Shown here piece after piece: positions 12,001 through 25,468 of a stretch of 64,000 bases of DNA (within the stretch, counting starts at the first letter, position 1; each line of letters starts with the position of its first letter). Origin of the DNA: Schmidtea nova (lineage: Eukaryota); contig CM097883.1 in the NCBI GenBank assembly GCA_044892505.1, positions 407,092,001-407,156,000 of the forward strand, written 5' to 3'. The translations under genes were made by a program, and so were the position numbers. The notes beneath the pieces are model-generated. The model saw only the letters and a program-made list of their open reading frames with translations, made no database searches and was not told the origin of the DNA.

Positions 12001-15000
12001 AATATACAACTGAAAAATCTCCAACATGTTTACAATTTTACAGTAGTCAAACCATTGAAAAGATTACAATAAAAATTAAATTTCTCAGCCAGCTAAAAAA
12101 ACTCATTATTTACATAGAAGTTAGTCAGACAAGGTAAATAAGATCAGCACGGCCGTCCTAAGAAATTCGGCGCTCGTGGGCTACTTAAAATAATGCGCGC
12201 TTCTTCGTAAGAAAATTCACAGAATAGCAAACGGGAGCCGGGTGTGCTGAAAAGTTAAACAAAAGTGAGAACTAAAAAAATCAATTTATTACCCTATATA
12301 CAAAACACAAAATTGAATTAAATTAAATTAAAACAACCTTTAAGAACAAAAACAAACCTTAACGCAAACAAGAAACAAGAGTAACTTTTATATTTATTTT
12401 CCTAGCTTTTGCTTTAGCAAACTAATAAAATTAAAGATGAATTTTTATAAAATTAATAATAACAGAAAACATATACATCGCAAATAAAAATTGCCGCCCC
12501 AAAAGGCTTGCGCCCTGGGGCTCTAGGCCATTTAGCTCTGTGATTATGGTGGCCCTGGTGGCATTGAAATACATTTTAGTACAGAAATATTTTAAGCAAT
12601 ACTATTGAATACAAACGTTTTTCAATTTATCTAGTAAAACAAGTTCTACGAAAACCGCTATTTGTATATAATTTTATATATTATTAAACTACTTTCAAAA
12701 GTAAGTAGTATAATAATTTAAAAATAATATTATTTTCAAGTTTATTATTATTATTATTATTATTATTTTTTAATAATTTTTATTATTACCATAAATATAA
12801 AATATCTCTATCTGTCCATATGTCTGCACTAACCCTAACCCTAAATCCCTGCAAAAATGCCCGACGGACCCTTATATGGACGGGTATAATTTAGAAATTT
12901 TAAGATACGCAACAAAACATTTTTAAATCTACAAATAAGAATTGTATTACTATGCCCATTTATTATTTTATAGAAGAGTTGTGGAAAATTTAGAAAATTG
13001 AACTTTTTTCGGAACCCTCTATATTAATTTTCGATATCCCACCATTCTAATTATGCCTTAACTTTTCCGTTTAAGTCATTTAAGCCTGTTTTATTTCTCC
13101 TAGGATTACACCAGTTCAACTCTTGATCTCACAAAGGAATCAGCGTTCAGAGATCTCAGTAAACCAATAAGCATTCAAAATGCACCTTTACGGGAAAAGG
13201 TCATCAACTGTTTTGCAGAGAAAGCTGAGGAGTATCAGAGACAATTACGAATGCTACAGACAAGCAGTAATACTGATGAAATGTCAGTTTGGGCAGTACC
13301 ACCTTACCATTATTCTTCCCTCTATTCCAACAGCGCCACAGTATTGTACTATATGATTCGAATTCCTCCATTTACTCAAAAGTTTATCCAGTTTCAAGGT
13401 AATGAACATCTTTTATAAGCAAAAATAATTTTGGGGATAATTCTTTTAATGGATAAAAGAGGTTAGACGTTTGATATCGAATGGACAAGATTATTTTTAA
13501 TTGAGCTATAAATTGAAGGAGGCATTAAGGTAGGTGTAAGGCAACACGTAGCAACACGTAGCGACACTTGGCAATACTAAATACTAAAGTTTTTTTCTGT
13601 CGGTTTTGACATGTTTTATTCTACGTTTTAAAAACCAGTAACAAAACAAAGAATATTCAAAAATATATAATCCATTATTTAAAATGACCCCGTTAACCTT
13701 TCTACAATTTCGACACCCAACTTTAACCTCTCCAAATGTCTCAAACTAGCGCCTGTGCAGAAAGTATTCTATCGACTGTAAAAGGTTATATTCTGAAGGT
13801 TGACGGTCAAAGCTATACATCAGCTGTGGTAAAACTGTAATTATACAAAACTAACTCTTTTGCTGTAAGTCAAACATTGTACATGGGACACAGTTGTTCA
13901 GGATTTTGTAAAGGAAAACAGTAAATACATCCTAGGACTTCCTTAGCTAAACTTTATCGAACAGCATCCTCGTACATACGAAAAACTAAGAGTCACCAAC
14001 AATTCATGCCTACTGGAAACCACAACAGATTCTTGCAAATTCATCAATGACATTATGAATTACACCATAACCTAAAATATTTTAAATGTTTTTTTTGACA
14101 AATTTAAATAGAGACTAAAATTCTATTTTAAGCGCCCTGTACAAGAGACGCCCATTGCTTTGCATCCATCGTTTCCAGCTAAAGTCGACTCTGATTATAA
14201 TACAAAATAAATGTATATACCTTACTTTTCGTAATTTGGTAACTTATACTTTTATTTTGTATTAAAATTCATCTAAAATATATATATATATATATATATA
14301 TTATCTTTTTTCACCTTTGATCTTTTTTTATTATTATTATCAATAATTCTCATAATGACTATAGATCAAAATTTTTTTTTTATATAAACAATAACACAAT
14401 ATTTCGGCACAGCCTTTATCAAGTGTGTATTATATATATATAAATTATCACAATTACCAAAATACACAAATAAATAAAATATTAACACTATCGAATGAAA
14501 TACTAACACTAATAAATGAAATATTAACACTATCGAATGAAATACTAACACTAATAAATGAAATATTAACTCTATCGAATGAAATACTAACACTAATAAA
14601 TGAAATATTAACACTATCGAATGAAATACTAACACTAATAAATGAAATATTAACTCTATCGAATGAAATATTAACACTATGATAATAAATATTAAATATT
14701 AACACTGATATTAAATATTAACACTATCTTATGCGGGTGTCATACTATCATATGAGAAACCCTACAAACAGCTGATTATTAGCTTAGTTTTGTCGAATGA
14801 ACCCGATGATAGCCTTTTATATAATCTCTGCAGAAAGAAATTTGATGATATTTTCATAATATTAAGCATTTTCCGATTTGATTGACCTTGTCTTCCAATA
14901 TACCATTAAACATGCAATAAAAATTGAAATTTGAGTCTTCTTTTCTTTTGCCGATATGCGGGTGTTAGCAAGCGATTTGATTGGTTCTTAATGGATGACA

Positions 15001-18000
15001 TCGTTACTACATGCCAAACAAGTGTATACGGATCAAAATATAGATCAAAATATAAAAGAGATCGAAAATCTCTACATTGCGTCATATACGATTGAGCATT
15101 ATGCTCCAGAAATTATTTTGGTGTTGTCGCATGAAAATCATACAAAAGTTGTTGCCAATACATAATGTTACCATTTGCATCTTACAGACGGGGAGTTCGA
15201 CAGACCAGATAGGATGTTTCACACGATGGCTTCTGCTTGGCATTTGTCGACGTCCTCTACATCCTGTATGAAAGAAATCATTCCGGAATTCTTTTATCTA
15301 CCGGAATTATTTATCAATGGCCAAGATTTTAGTTTTGGAGAAAGACTCAACGGAACGAAAGTGGATGATGTGATTTTGCCAGAGTATTTAGTATTCATGT
15401 AATTTAGTCTTATTATTATTTTTTTACCTAGCTGGTGCTCCGGAGACGCAAGACTATTCTGTTTGATTCATCGGGCGGCTTTAGAGAGTCCCTATGTGTC
15501 CAACCAATTGAACCACTGGGTCGATTTGATATTCGGATATAAGCAAACCGGGAAAGCTGCACTGGAGGCGATCAACCTTTTTCATCCCTATGTAAAAAAT
15601 TTATTACAAATTCAAATGTGTTTGAAAACTTTGATGCCAGACCTACTACAAAGCCATTTCTCCCGACGAAATAACAGAGGAAATTCGTAGATTTGCTGTT
15701 GAGCAAATGATTGAAAATTACGGGCAAATTCCAAAACAGCTTTTTATTAATAAATCCTTTCCAGCGAAAAAGATAAATTGGAGAAATGTCAAAACTTTTG
15801 CTCCAAGAAATATTCAATTTTCTCTCTCCACAGACAAGGGATATCTAGAAACTGAACAAATGAAGGATTCTTTTGATAGCAATTATGAATCCATTAAAAG
15901 TCTTTCAAAAGATAGGAAATGCTTAACCGTATTAAATAGCGTTGTTGGCATAGAATGGGGAGACTGGATCGGCAGTCCGAACAATCCCCAGGTGAGTTCC
16001 TTNNNNNNNNNNNNNNNNNNNNNNNNNNNNNNNNNNNNNNNNNNNNNNNNNNNNNNNNNNNNNNNNNNNNNNNNNNNNNNNNNNNNNNNNNNNNNNNNNN
16101 NNNNNNNNNNNNNNNNNNNNNNNNNNNNNNNNNNNNNNNNNNNNNNNNNNNNNNNNNNNNNNNNNNNTGGTAAGACTAAAGATCAAAATTTCTTTAAATA
16201 AGTACACAATATTTCGGCACAGCCTTTATTAAGTGTGTATTTATATTGTAAACACACTTGATAAAGGCTGTGCCGAAATATTGTGTACTTATTTAAAGAA
16301 ATTTTGATCTATAGTCATTCATTATGGGAATTATAGATATTAATAATAAAAAAAGATCAAATCAANNNNNNNNNNNNNNNNNNNNNNNNNNNNNNNNNNN
16401 NNNNNNNNNNNNNNNNNNNNNNNNNNNNNNNNNNNNNNNNNNNNNNNNNNNNNNNNNNNNNNNNNNNNNNNNNNNNNNNNNNNNNNNNNNNNNNNNNNNN
16501 NNNNNNNNNNNNNNNNNNNNNNNNNNNNNNNNNNNNNNNNTAACAAAATAAGCCTTTGCTGCAAAAACAATTGATTAAGTCAGAAAATTGTTATTGCAGC
16601 AAATGCTTATTTTGTTACTTATTTATTAATTTATTTAATACTTAATGCTGCTACCAAGGAATCATCATTTTATACTATTATTATTATTATTACTACTTAG
16701 ACGTTTATCAACGACATTCATAAAAAGAGAGAAAATATCATCGGAAAGCTATTTCTCCCACCAACATCTAAAATGACAAATAAAAGAACTCTACAAATGC
16801 TTGTGATCCCAGAATTATCAAATGTGCTCATGCTACCAACCACTGAAGATAGCAGTCAAGTTTTCATCAAATTTTCGTTAGCCACGGTTAGTTGTTTTTT
16901 AGTGTAATAGTTATTTGGAATTTTAAATTCGTCATATTTTCCCCATTGAAAATGTCTCCGGCATAGCAAAAAGTTTTTACAAAGTCATAATATATAATAA
17001 AAACGAATAGAAATTTTGATTTTTCATATAAAGACTATAGATCAAAATTGTTTTGTTTAAAAAAGGCTTTACCGAAAAATCGTGTTCTTTAAAAAACAAT
17101 TTTATATAAAAAAATGAAAATTTCTGAAATAGAAAGTAAGAGGTCAAAGGTGAAGAAAACAACATGTAAAAGAATTGAAATTTGTATTTTTTGATACATA
17201 ATCAAATTTTATTTAAACAGAGCTTCAAAAATTTTTAAAAAAATTATTTCTTCGACAATTACTTCTGTTTCATTAGATGAGAAGGGTCGCAGTTCCGATT
17301 CCAGTTCATTTTGGATATAGGTTAAATAGGTTTGGAAATATAAATTAAAGATTAAATTAAAACAAAAATAACTTTGGTTAATTTATGTTTGATGACCTTG
17401 GTTTACATTTAACTCCCTAGTGATGATAAGAAAGGTCAAATATATATATATATATATATGTGTATGTGTGTGTGTTACAGTTAAAGTAATAAATCCAGAT
17501 ATTATTTATAATATCCTCGTATTTTGGTAAATATAAATAATAAGTAGAGATTATTATATCTTCCGGTAAGTATTAATAATTACCCGTATGGATTGGTAAA
17601 TGTAATTAAAACCATTTCTTTTGATTTTCTTATATTTGTTATTAAAACTATGACAAAAAAAAACAAAAACTAAAAAGTTAAAGTTATATTTTTATGGTTA
17701 AATTAATCATTTATTTCTACGAAATTAATTTATTTAATTTAATAGGAACAACTTTTATGGCATTTGGAATTACAGTTGATATTTGACTTTGTACATTTGC
17801 AGCGATTTGAATTATCATCGAATTTACACTTGCAGTATTGGAATCCTTGACCACCTAGATTTGAATTCAATCGAGCACATTCTCTCAAACTTATTTCATT
17901 ATTTGGAACTTCTTCAATTGAAAGAAAAGTTTCTTTGCAAATATTGAATTCATTTCTTTCATGCAGTTGGTTCAAAAGTCCATATTTAGTTCCTAGTTGG

Positions 18001-21000
18001 TATTGACTATCATTTTGAGTTGATATTATAATAGCTATAATATTCCGACTATCTGATTTGCCTCTATCTACGTCGGTAATCCTTATGCGTACATTTTCTC
18101 CTACTTTTGCAACTTGAAATTTTACTTTCGAAATGGATAACATTTTATCAGCCTTCTTTTTTAGTGCCCGTTTGGCAGAGTCCAGCTTCAAAAATATTTA
18201 TTACTTAAACTACTGTAATTAAATCCACATTATTATTTCAAAATATTACATTTACCGAAGATGGGTGGGAATTATTAATAATTAGCGGCTTATGTGATAA
18301 ATTAAATAAATCATGTCTAAATTAATCACTTTTACATTTCTATTTGTTTAGTATTAATAATGACCGGCTATTATTAATAATAACCAATTCATTATTTTAA
18401 CCTAAACCATTTCTAAATTTGGTCTGAGAAAAATGTGAAGAAAAATCGAGGCATGCATACATACACATTAGTGACATGTAGCCAAAATCAAAGGACTGCT
18501 AGATAAGCGGATAAGAAATACATATAGATAAAAAAATGTCACGTGAACGTGACACACACACATATACATATAATAACCATATGATTAAGAATTACATTAA
18601 ACCTTCAATTCAGAATAAACGGCGAGTCCAAGTAGATTCCATGAATTACGGAAATACTAGCAATGAAATCCAATTAGAATCTTTGGGAAGTTTCCTTGTA
18701 TCGACAGGATCGGGTCAAGGAATCGTTTCAAGTATTGCTGTTTCTCAAAGATCCGGCCGAGTGTTTTTTGGAATGGATTCGGGTCTTATTATAGTTTATC
18801 AAGGAAATATGTTCAAATACTCCCAAATACGAGTATTGCGTTTTAAAATCTACAAAATCTGATAATAAATTCATTTCAGCCGTTTGTGGACAATTTCAAT
18901 CATCACAAGAAAACTTTATTAGGACACAAAACTTCCGTTGTTTTTCTTCAGCTGTGTGAATCGTTCGCAGTTCTTGCCTCGTGTGATAATCAAACGAATG
19001 TCGCCATTTGGGATTCCCAAACGTTACAACTCTTGCATTTCATTGACTGGCAGTCGGTGAAATATATTCAGTCGTCGAAAAAGTTCAAATTATCTTCAAG
19101 TGGCAGTGAGTATTTTAGTCTTTATAAACTAGTTTTAAAAGTGTTTTTTTCCTGCTACTCTGCGTGTCAAATATATACTGCTGATAAATGGACACTTGAA
19201 AAGAGGCACTGCCGAAAATTTGGGTTGTATATGGATATAATTAGTTCAGTGTCTTAAAATGTAAATATGTAATTGAAAAAAATGATCAAAAGCGATGATT
19301 ATTAAAGATGTAAATAAGGTGAATAGGGTCAATAAGGTCAATAGGGTGAATAAGATGAATAGGGTGTAAAAGTGAATAGGGTGAATAGGATGAATATGGT
19401 GTAATAGTGAATAGGATGAATAGGGTGAATAGGGTGATTAGGATTAATATGATATATAAGGTGAATAGGATAAATAGGATGTATATGGTGAATAGAGTGA
19501 ATAGGGTGAACATGGTGTATATAGTGAATAAGGAGAATAGGGTAAATAGGGTGAATAGGATGAATATGATATATAAGGTGAATAAGATGAATAGGGTGTA
19601 TATAGTGAATAGGGTGAATAGGATGGATAGGGTATGTGAGGTTATTTAGACATGATTACTAACGAGCATTAAAATTAAATAATTGTTTGGAGATAGTAAA
19701 AATAAGTTTTAAATGTTTTATTAAAAAATTTATATAGATATAATAATAATTGAAGTAAAATTTTATAAAAAATAATTTTACATTAAAATAGTTTAATTTA
19801 ATTTAAAAAGTTTTATCTTTAAAAACTAATAAATTTGAATAAAAATTTTATAAATAGATTTTAAATAAGTATTTTAAATAAAAATGCTCTTTTTCAAATT
19901 TGTTTAAATATCCTCAAAGAGAATAACATTTTCATTTATTAAATAATTTTTTTTGGATACTTTCAAAATCTGATCTAAACAAAGATGTTTTAACAACATC
20001 TAATAGGGTAAATAGAGTGAATAGGGTGAATAAGGTTTATATAGTGAATAGGGAGAGTATGATATATAAGGTGAATAGAGTAAATAGTTTGAATAAGGTG
20101 ATATGAAAAGATCTTTTCTGACTTTATAAACTAATAAACGTTACTCAAAATAGTTCATCATGAGAACTGGCTGCACACAAATCTATAATCGAGTGCTTTT
20201 CAAATGTTGCTGCCTTTAGTGGTATCTGGAAAATAAACAAAAAATATGTTATATACCATAAGAAGGATTTTATTATTAAATACATTTTTGTTGATATTCG
20301 GCTCTTCGCTTCAGCCAGAAATCACACTTTTTAAAATTAATATATTAATGTTTAATTTTACATGAGGCTCCAATTCTCCAAGCCTAATTACAAGGGTTTT
20401 TCTCTTTCAGCTCTTGTTTCTGATCTGATTTTTGGTACGCCAAAATTCAATTTTCCCACCTGGTGGTACAATAAACATAAAGTTTGAAAACCGCTGCTAT
20501 AATCTATTTATTATTAATTAGTTCGTTGATAATGATTAGCATGCGCACAGTGGCGTATTCAAAGGGGGGCTATCCTTAGTAATCGACCAAAGACTAGTTA
20601 TAAGTATTGCTTAACTAACAATTGAATAGTTATGGCTGTGAATGTGTAAAGGGAGTTGATAAAGTTATGAATAAGCTGGCTACAGGTTCTAGAAGATTAT
20701 GATACCGAATATAAGTTGTGCGGTAAATGCGGACTGGAGGTTTAGTCATATCTCGTAGAATAATTGGAAATTACGCGGTGCACCCAATAAGTGCTTAAAC
20801 TCGACAAGAAATAAGCAACCGATTTTATTCAAACTTTCAGCAATATGTAAAAGTTTATTTCTCAATGTAAGCTTCACCAGCTTCTACGCATTTTCGTTAT
20901 CGTGACAACAAGTTCAAAATGTCTTTTTTATAAATGGTTTTTGGCTATGAAATCGACTAATCCGTCCCATACTGCTGCAAATCACTGGCAAAATTAAATA

Positions 21001-22000
21001 ACTTTCCTCAAAATTATTTTTTCAGTTGTCCGAAGAGGTGAAAATCACTAGGGGTGACATCGGGGCAGGACAGAAGGCGAGATACCAGAGAGAATCCACA
21101 TATCCAAATATTCGATGTGTCCGGTGTGATGTGTAATTTGGAATGTTGTCATGCATTAGCCAGAGTTCATTATTTCCTCTTTTCTGTCACTTTTTCTTGC
21201 ATCCTTTATGAATTGTACATAATAATCAAAATGATTTTGACATCTGATGTAGCGAAATCCATTGTGAAAAAGCCTTTCATGTCCCAAAAAGATTGTGATC
21301 GTCCTACATTTCTTGTTAGATGTGCCAGTTCTCATTTTCAGTGATCGTTTCTCCTTTGGCATCTACTTTTCGACAGATTCCAGTTTAGTTTCAGGTATGT
21401 ATAGGCTCAGATGAGTCTCATGTTCTGTGATTATGTGTTTCAAAAAGGCATCACCAAGTTTTTCAAAGATTTCCAAATTTTTCTGACAATAATCAAATCA
21501 CCTTTGTTGCATTCCATCCGTAAGAAACCGTGAACACAATTTCTTGTAAGCCCATTCATTCAGCAAATTATGCAACATACTTTTGGAGATATTTAGACGT
21601 TGAGCCCGGTCTCTCGTTACAATGCAACTGTCTGTCATGATGATTTTTGCTAGCATTTCTTTTTTCTCATTTCCAACTTCCACAGGTTTGCCAGGCTTTT
21701 CCAAATCAAAAACACTAGTGAGTCAACTTTTAAAATTCCGAATCTAGTTGTAATTGGTTGCTTTACAAGGGCACCCACTCTAGTAAACATCCTGCACATG
21801 TGCAATAATTTCTTGGCTACTAGTTTTCTTCAAAACGTTTCGAAATTCAACGTTATCTGACATTTTCTGACGCAATATTGAAATAGCGTAATTTCTTTTT
21901 CAAACAAAAATAGCCTAGAAAAACAAAAACACTTTCATTACCCATACATATTTATGTATAATTGCTTGCAATATCTATTTTATGAAGGAATAATTTCTTG

Positions 22001-22039
<39 letters not shown>

Positions 22040-25000
22040 GGTGGTCCTTAATTTTGAAAAGTTGAAATCCTGTGCTCCCACCTCATAGAATTGTTTTTTA
22101 TTATGACAGGATGCTGTGCTAATTTTATTTTTATTTTTGGATGATGTTTAGAGGTCGCCCAAGCTTTGGAATTGGAAATTCATCAAAATCGCTGCAAATG
22201 AGCTTCTAGAAACTATTTTTTATTTTCTCACTACTTATTTTGGTCAGTTCTGTTAGTTAGTTGATCCCAAACAATTAATTTAACCTCTAATAAATAATCT
22301 TTGTTGATCAATAATACTGTCTGATTAAGAATTTGCAGTTTTATTAAGTTTTCTATGAAATGGCGTCATCTTTTTGGTGAGTAAACTTTTTCATGTGTTG
22401 TATGTTTTAGCTGCTGCTTTGCCATTCAGAACATTCAGTTATTATGCACTATTTGCCATTTTTTAGGCCAGAAAGTAAACATTCCACATGTAGACACAGT
22501 GACACACCAGTGTTAGTGTAATATTGTATTGTATGATATGTTGTTGTTGTGATGTAGTGAAGAATTTGATATAACAACACGAAGTCAAACTGCAGTTTAT
22601 CTACTGGGTCAACCCACTACTGTGCTTTCTACTCTCAGACTTGCATCAAATGGTGAAGCATTGGGTTTGTTTTTCCATCACCACCTAACCCATGGTCTGC
22701 AGACACGACAGGCATCAGCACATGTGATCGAACAGGTGACTGGAATTTGGAACAAGGCCCGCATACCGACATGTCGCAAAGACCATGCAATCACCAAGCT
22801 GGAGCAACTATTCAAAGATTAGACACAGCTAAAAAAGCACAAAGATCGCAAGACAGAGCTCCATGTTGCCAGAGAAGATGAGTTTTGCGCCAAAATGAAG
22901 AATCTTTTTGACATTGCACATGCCGACGCCCTAACGACTATGAAGATCGAGGAAGATAGAGAATTTCTGCTGGCACAGCGAGAACCAGGACGACGAGGTT
23001 ACCTTGGATTAGTTGATAGAGCATCAGCTGAAAAGGAAGAGAGAAAAGCAGTCAGAATAAACTTGGAGAGGAAGAGACGTGAAAGAGCAGAAAGCGAGGC
23101 ATCCGTTAGCACAATGGTTGCAGGATTTGGCAGCAGTAGTGAAGATGACAATAAACCTGAATCGGACACAGATAAGCCTGCTGAGTTCTCATCACCTCGC
23201 CGTAAGAAAAGCAGAGCAGCAACAAATGTGATTACCCCAAAGTTAGCAGCTGCCTTGGATCGTACCAAGTTGAGTGACAGAAAGGCTACGTTTGTCATTG
23301 CTGCGGCAGCTCAGAGCCTTGGGCATGATATTGATGAACTCAATATAAATCGGAGTTCTATAAAGCGTCACCGCGAGAAATACAGAGCTGAAATGGCAGC
23401 TGCATTAAAGGAAGATTTGTCTAGTGATGTTCCTTTGGTGGTACATTGGGATGGCAAACTAATGGTCGATCTCACTGGGAAGGATCACGTTGATCGCCTC
23501 CCTATAATTGTGACCGGCTTTGGGGTGTGTCAGCTATTGAAGGTGAGCAAGATGTCTGGTGGAACAGGTGAGAACCAGTCATCTGCAGTGGTCCAGGCAC
23601 TGAATGAGTGGAATGTGCAGGATCGTATGGTAGGATTGTGCTTTGATACAACTAGTTCCAACACTGGTATCCACAACGGTGCCTGTGTTCTGATAGAACA
23701 GAAGCTAGGCAAGGACTTACTACACTTTGCCTGTCGCCACCACATTATGGAACTGTTGGCAGGAGCCGAATTTACAGTAAGTCTTGCACCATCATCTGCT
23801 CCTGAAGTCCTTCTGTTCAAGAGATTTCAACAAAAGTGGTCAATCGTCGACCACAGTAACTACCAGACGGGAGCTAATTTGAATGAAATACCTGACGTGG
23901 TGAAGAACGAAGTAATGGAATTTGCACACAGGCAGCTGCTTCGTGACAACGTCCGAGAAGACTACAGAGAATTCATTGAATTATCTATCATATTTCTTGG
24001 TGGCTTACCCCATCGTGGGATTCATTTTATGGCACCTGGTGCAATGCACCATGCGAGATGGATGTCGAAAGTGATCTACTCACTCAAAGTGTGGATGTTT
24101 CGCTCACAATTCAAGCTCACATCGTTCGAGGAGAAAGGACTTCTCCACATGTGCATCTTTGCAGTGGTTATATACCTCAAGGCCTGGTTCACTGCACCAC
24201 TGGCTTCCAGTGCGCCTCGAAATGATCTGCAACTGCTTCAAGATTTGCACAATTACAAGCGTTACAATGAGAAAATCTCTATCGCAACATCCAAAAAACT
24301 TGAGCATCATCTTTGGTATTTGTCGGAAGATTTAGTGGGTCTTGCCTTCTTCGATCCCGATGTACCGGTCGATACAAAACGTCAAATGGTGAAAGCACTG
24401 AATTACTGTAGCAAGGATGCCGTCGACAAAGTACTTCTACCAAAAGGTCTGAAACGCATCACAATGTCTGCAAGCAGTGCATGCAACTACAGTTTGGAGG
24501 ATTTCATAACTGTCAGATCTCAGGAATTCTTTGATAAGCTCCATATTTCTCAAGACTTCTTGAATTACGATCCTGACACTTGGGAAACTCGACAGGAGTA
24601 CACAGATGGCATGTTGATCGTGTCTAAGCTACTAGTCGCCAATGATAATGCAGAACGTGGAGTTGCCCTTGTTCAGGAGCTAAACAAGTGTATCACATAC
24701 GATGAGGACCAGTTTCAGTTTCTGCTGCAAGTTGTGGCAGACCATCGTCGTCAGTATGCAACCTGTCAGAAGTCGTTATTACATTGACTTAGTTGCGGAA
24801 TGCGGAGTGCGGACATCGTCTTTGGTTGGACCGACTGACACTGACAGTCTAGAACATTTATTCCTATAAATAAATCTTAACAATAGATTCTGTACATTAC
24901 GGAGTTTCATATTTCCTAGTCATTTAATAACATAATAAAACGTTACCAATTTCAGTTTAGTAATAAAAATACTATACTATGCTCAAGTCAAATTTTTTGG

Positions 25001-25435
25001 TCATTTTAATAAATTGTGAGCTGTTGGGCGACCTCTAAACATTATCTGATCATTAAAAAAATTTGCACAGTATCTTATGGCATCAAATGGAACATTTTAA
25101 AAGGGTGGGAGACATCCAATTGTGAGAAAAAAATATTACCATTGGTCTAAGGACCACCCTAATATATATATATATATATATATTTAATCATAATTATCTT
25201 TTTGTTTAACCTTTGATCTTTTTTTATTATTAATATCAATAATTCCCACAATGGATGACTATAGATCAAAATTTCTTTAAATAAGTACACCTTAACTTGA
25301 TAAAGGCTGTGCCGAAATATCATGTACTTATTTAAAGAAATTTTGATCTATAGTCATCCATTATGGGAATTATTGATATTAATAATATATATTAATAATA
25401 TATTAATATTAATAATATATAATAATATTATTGAT

Positions 25436-25468
<33 letters not shown>

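Noticed and set aside
12829-12846. Telomeric CCCTAA repeats
   Set aside because: Only 2-3 units, embedded in a probable Helitron/DINE-like fragment; not a telomere.
14366-14705. Repetitive ORFs; also 19286-19649, 39143-39710 and the X-containing ORFs
   Set aside because: These are artefacts of minisatellites, alternative or antisense frames of low-complexity coding DNA, or N gaps.
14477-14727. CRISPR-like arrays (this repeat, 41340-41830 and the palindromes)
   Set aside because: There are no unique spacers, no cas genes, and the context is eukaryotic.
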